DNA of 64,000 bases, from positions 518,208 to 582,207 of the forward strand of contig CM082594.2 in the NCBI GenBank assembly GCA_040954595.2, read 5' to 3'. Both the position numbers and the translations under genes were made by a program. The notes below the pieces were generated by a model. The model had not been told where the DNA came from. It saw only the letters and a program-made list of their open reading frames with translations, and searched no databases. Below are positions 61,017 through 64,000 of the stretch, in pieces. Source of the stretch: Balanoglossus misakiensis. Taxonomy: Eukaryota > Animalia > Hemichordata. Numbering within the stretch: position 1 is the stretch's first letter; every line of letters starts with the position of its first letter.

Positions 61017-64000
61017 TTACGCCAGTCTGTGTCATATAGAGCCGGTGCACCAGCCGAGTCACGCCGTAGGAAATCTGACTTGATCAACGTGGTCAATGTA
61101 CGCCTGTTTCTGCTCTAGAATGCCGGGGCTTCAGCTGAGCCAGGCCGTAGTAAACCCGACGTGATTACCGTTGTTAACTTACGCCAGTCTGTGTCCTATA
61201 TATAGTGCCGTGGCATGAGCCGTGCCAGGCCGAAGGAAATGTGAGTAGATCAACGTGGTCTCTGTACGCGTGTTTCTGCTCTAGAGTGCCAGGGCTTTAG
61301 CCAAGCCATGCCGTAGGAAATCTGACTTGATCAACGTTGCTAACGAACGCTAGTGTCTGTCATAGTGTGCCGGGGTTTTAGTCGAGCCAAGCCGTAGGAG
61401 ATCAGACTTGATCAACGTGGTCTCTGTACGCGTGTTTCTGCTCTAGAGTGCCGGGGCTTTATCCAAGCCATGCCGTAGAAAATCTGACTTGATCACCGTT
61501 GCTAACGTACGCTAGTGTCTGTCATATTGTGACGGAGATTTAGCCGAGCCAGGCCGTAGAAAAATCGACTTGTTCAACGTTACCAGTGTGCAACTGTTTC
61601 TGCTCTAGAGTGTCAGGGTTTTAGCCGACTTATGCTGTAGGAAATCTGAGTTGATGCACGGGAATTCAATGTTAGAAAACCCGTGTGGAAAGTATCTCTA
61701 CCCGTTTGAAACTAAGAAAAGAATTTATTCTTATTTATTTTGTAAAAAAGACAATTTTTCGAAAAAAGTCGAAAATGGTAATTTTGTCTTGGGTGATTCA
61801 AATGATACCGCCTTTTCTGGAATTTGCAGCACTTTTTGCAAGAGAACGACACTTCATGCTCCATAATATTTCCGAAAATGAAGAAAAGAGTTAATTTTTT
61901 ATGATTTTTTAAAAATTTACCATTTTTGTCAAAATATGGCCAAAATGGCTATTTTTTCTTGAATTCCGTCAATATCTCTGCATTTTTGGAGTGGTCGAAA
62001 GTTTTAACATACAATCAACATGTCATATATGATCAGGGCACCAAATTCGAAGGACAAAGGTGTTTTTATTTTTTTTTCTAAAAATGACATTTTCAAGGAA
62101 AATTTGGTAAAACGCAATTTTGTCTGCAGTGAGCCAAATTAGACGGTCTTTTGTGGAATTTGTATCGATATATACATACTAAGAGCATTCTATACTCCAT
62201 CAGATTTCCGAAAATGTAGAAAACAGGTATTTTTTGTAATTTTCAAAAATTTACCATTTTGACCAAATTGTGGCTAAAATTGTTATTTTCGTGTTGAATG
62301 CCGCCATTGTCACTGCTTTTAAAAGTCATAAAACTTTTAACATACAAGCAATTGTTTATATATGATCAGGTCACCGAATTAATAAAATAAAGAATGTTTT
62401 GCCTAAAAATGACCTTTTTGGTGCAAAAACGAATAAAACGCAATTTTGTATTAAATCAGCTCATTCAGAGTGCATTTTTTATAATCAGCACAATGTTTAC
62501 ATATAATGGAAATTTCATACATGATCAGATATCCAAATATGAAAAAATGATTTTGATTTTAGATGATTGTCCAAAATTAGCTGATATCTAACAAATGTAG
62601 TATTGAACCGTTCTGTTCCCCCCCCCCTTACATTATATGCGGTACGCCGATGTCAGCTTACCCGGCAGTACTGTAGGCCGTGCCCCCAACAAACGTCGGT
62701 GTTTGAAACGCCCTGGTTAAATTCGGGCTCTCTCTTTAAATTGACAGGCAATAATGCAGTCCTACCGGAACAAATGTCGAGTGTTGAACCGCTGCGACTT
62801 TCCCTGTTCGGTTTGCCCGACTTAGCCAACGTCTTTGTACTAGAGTGTCGGGTCTTTTACAGAACCAGGCCGAAGGAAATCCGACTTGATCACCGTTGCT
62901 AACGAACGCTAGTGTCGGTCATGGTGTGCCGGGGTTTTAGACGAGCCAGGCCGTAGGAGATCTGACTTGATCATCGTGGTCAATGTACGCGTGTTTCCGC
63001 TCTAAAGTGCCGGGGCTTCAGCTAAACCAGGCCGTAGGAAATCCGATGTAATCACCGTTGATAACTTACGCCAGTCTGTGTCATATAGAGCCGGTGCACC
63101 AGCCTAGTCACGCCGTAGGAAATCTGACTTGATCAACGTGGTCAATGTACGCCTGTTTCTGCTCTAGAGTGCCGGGGCTTCAGCTGAGCCAGGCCGTAGG
63201 AAACCCGACGTGATTACCGTTGTTAACTTACGCCAGTCTGTGTCCTATATATAGTGCCGGGGCATCAGCCGTGCCAGGCCGAAGGAAATGTGAGTAGATC
63301 AACGTGGTCTCTGTACGCGTGTTTCTGCTCTAGAGTGCCAGGGCTTTAGCCAAGCCATGCCGTAGGAAATCTGACTTGATCAACGTTGCTAACGAACGCT
63401 AGTGTCTGTCTTAGTGTGCCGGGGTTTTAGTCGAGCCAAGCCGTAGGAGATCAGACTTGATCAACGTGGTCTCTGTACGCGTGTTTCTGCTCTAGAGTGC
63501 CGGGGCTTTATCCAAGCCATGCCGTAGAAAATCTGACTTGATCACCGTTGCTAACGTACGCTAGTGTCTGTCATATTGTGACGGAGATTTAGCCGAGCCA
63601 GGCCGTAGAAAAATCGACTTGTTCAACGTTACCAGTGTGCAACTGTTTCTGCTCTAGAGTGTTAGGGTTTTAGCCGACTTATGCTGTAGGAAATCTGAGT
63701 TGATGAACGGGAATTCAATGTTAGAAAACCCGTGTGGAAAGTATCTCTACCCGTTTGAAACTAAGAAAAGAATTTATTCTTATTTATTTTGTAAAAAAGA
63801 CAATTTTTCGAAAAAAAGTTGAAAATGGTAATTTTGTCTTGGGTGATTCAAATTATACCGCCTTTTCTGGAATTTGCAGCACTTTTTGCAAGAGAACGGC
63901 ACTTCATGCTCCATAATATTTCCGAAAATGAAGAAAATAGTTAATTTTTTATGATTTTTTAAAAATTTACCATTTTTGTCAAAATATGGCCAAAATGGCT
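61017..64000 (+). repeat. Satellite array resumes (right TSD at 61017-61029) and runs off the end of the window
   Basis: Continues the interrupted monomer in register. Unit markers at 61651 and 63700. Confidence 0.97.

Noticed and set aside
57359-61062. Antisense ORFs over the LINE ORF2s (also 4266-7582)
   Set aside because: These are shadow ORFs of the coding strand with no independent evidence.

Overview
This is eukaryotic DNA, probably from an animal; I see no host protein-coding genes or RNA genes. About 53 kb of the window is a tandem array of roughly 26 copies of a ~2.05-kb composite satellite unit. Each unit has an AT-rich ~970-bp module built from diverged ~330-bp subrepeats, a variable poly-C tract, a ~240-bp linker, and a CpG- and palindrome-rich array of usually ten 81-bp monomers in alternating A/B types. 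The array switches orientation at 9144. Two non-LTR retrotransposons are inserted. (1) A 5'-truncated RTE-X-like LINE at 4106-8097 has a 15-bp TSD and an intact APE-RT ORF2. That ORF2 has no upstream ATG and is in frame with ORF1 behind a single TAG. (2) An apparently full-length Tx1/L1-clade LINE at 54217-61016 has a 13-bp TSD and a poly-A tail. Its ORF1 is split by a 1764-bp non-autonomous DNA transposon (26-bp TIRs, 9-bp TSD), and its ORF2 has a 1-nt frameshift. The most striking observation is that the inversion breakpoint falls exactly on the LINE target site, and the ~3 kb after it is an inverted duplicate of the LINE's left flank. The many short repeated ORFs in the track are artefacts of the satellite.
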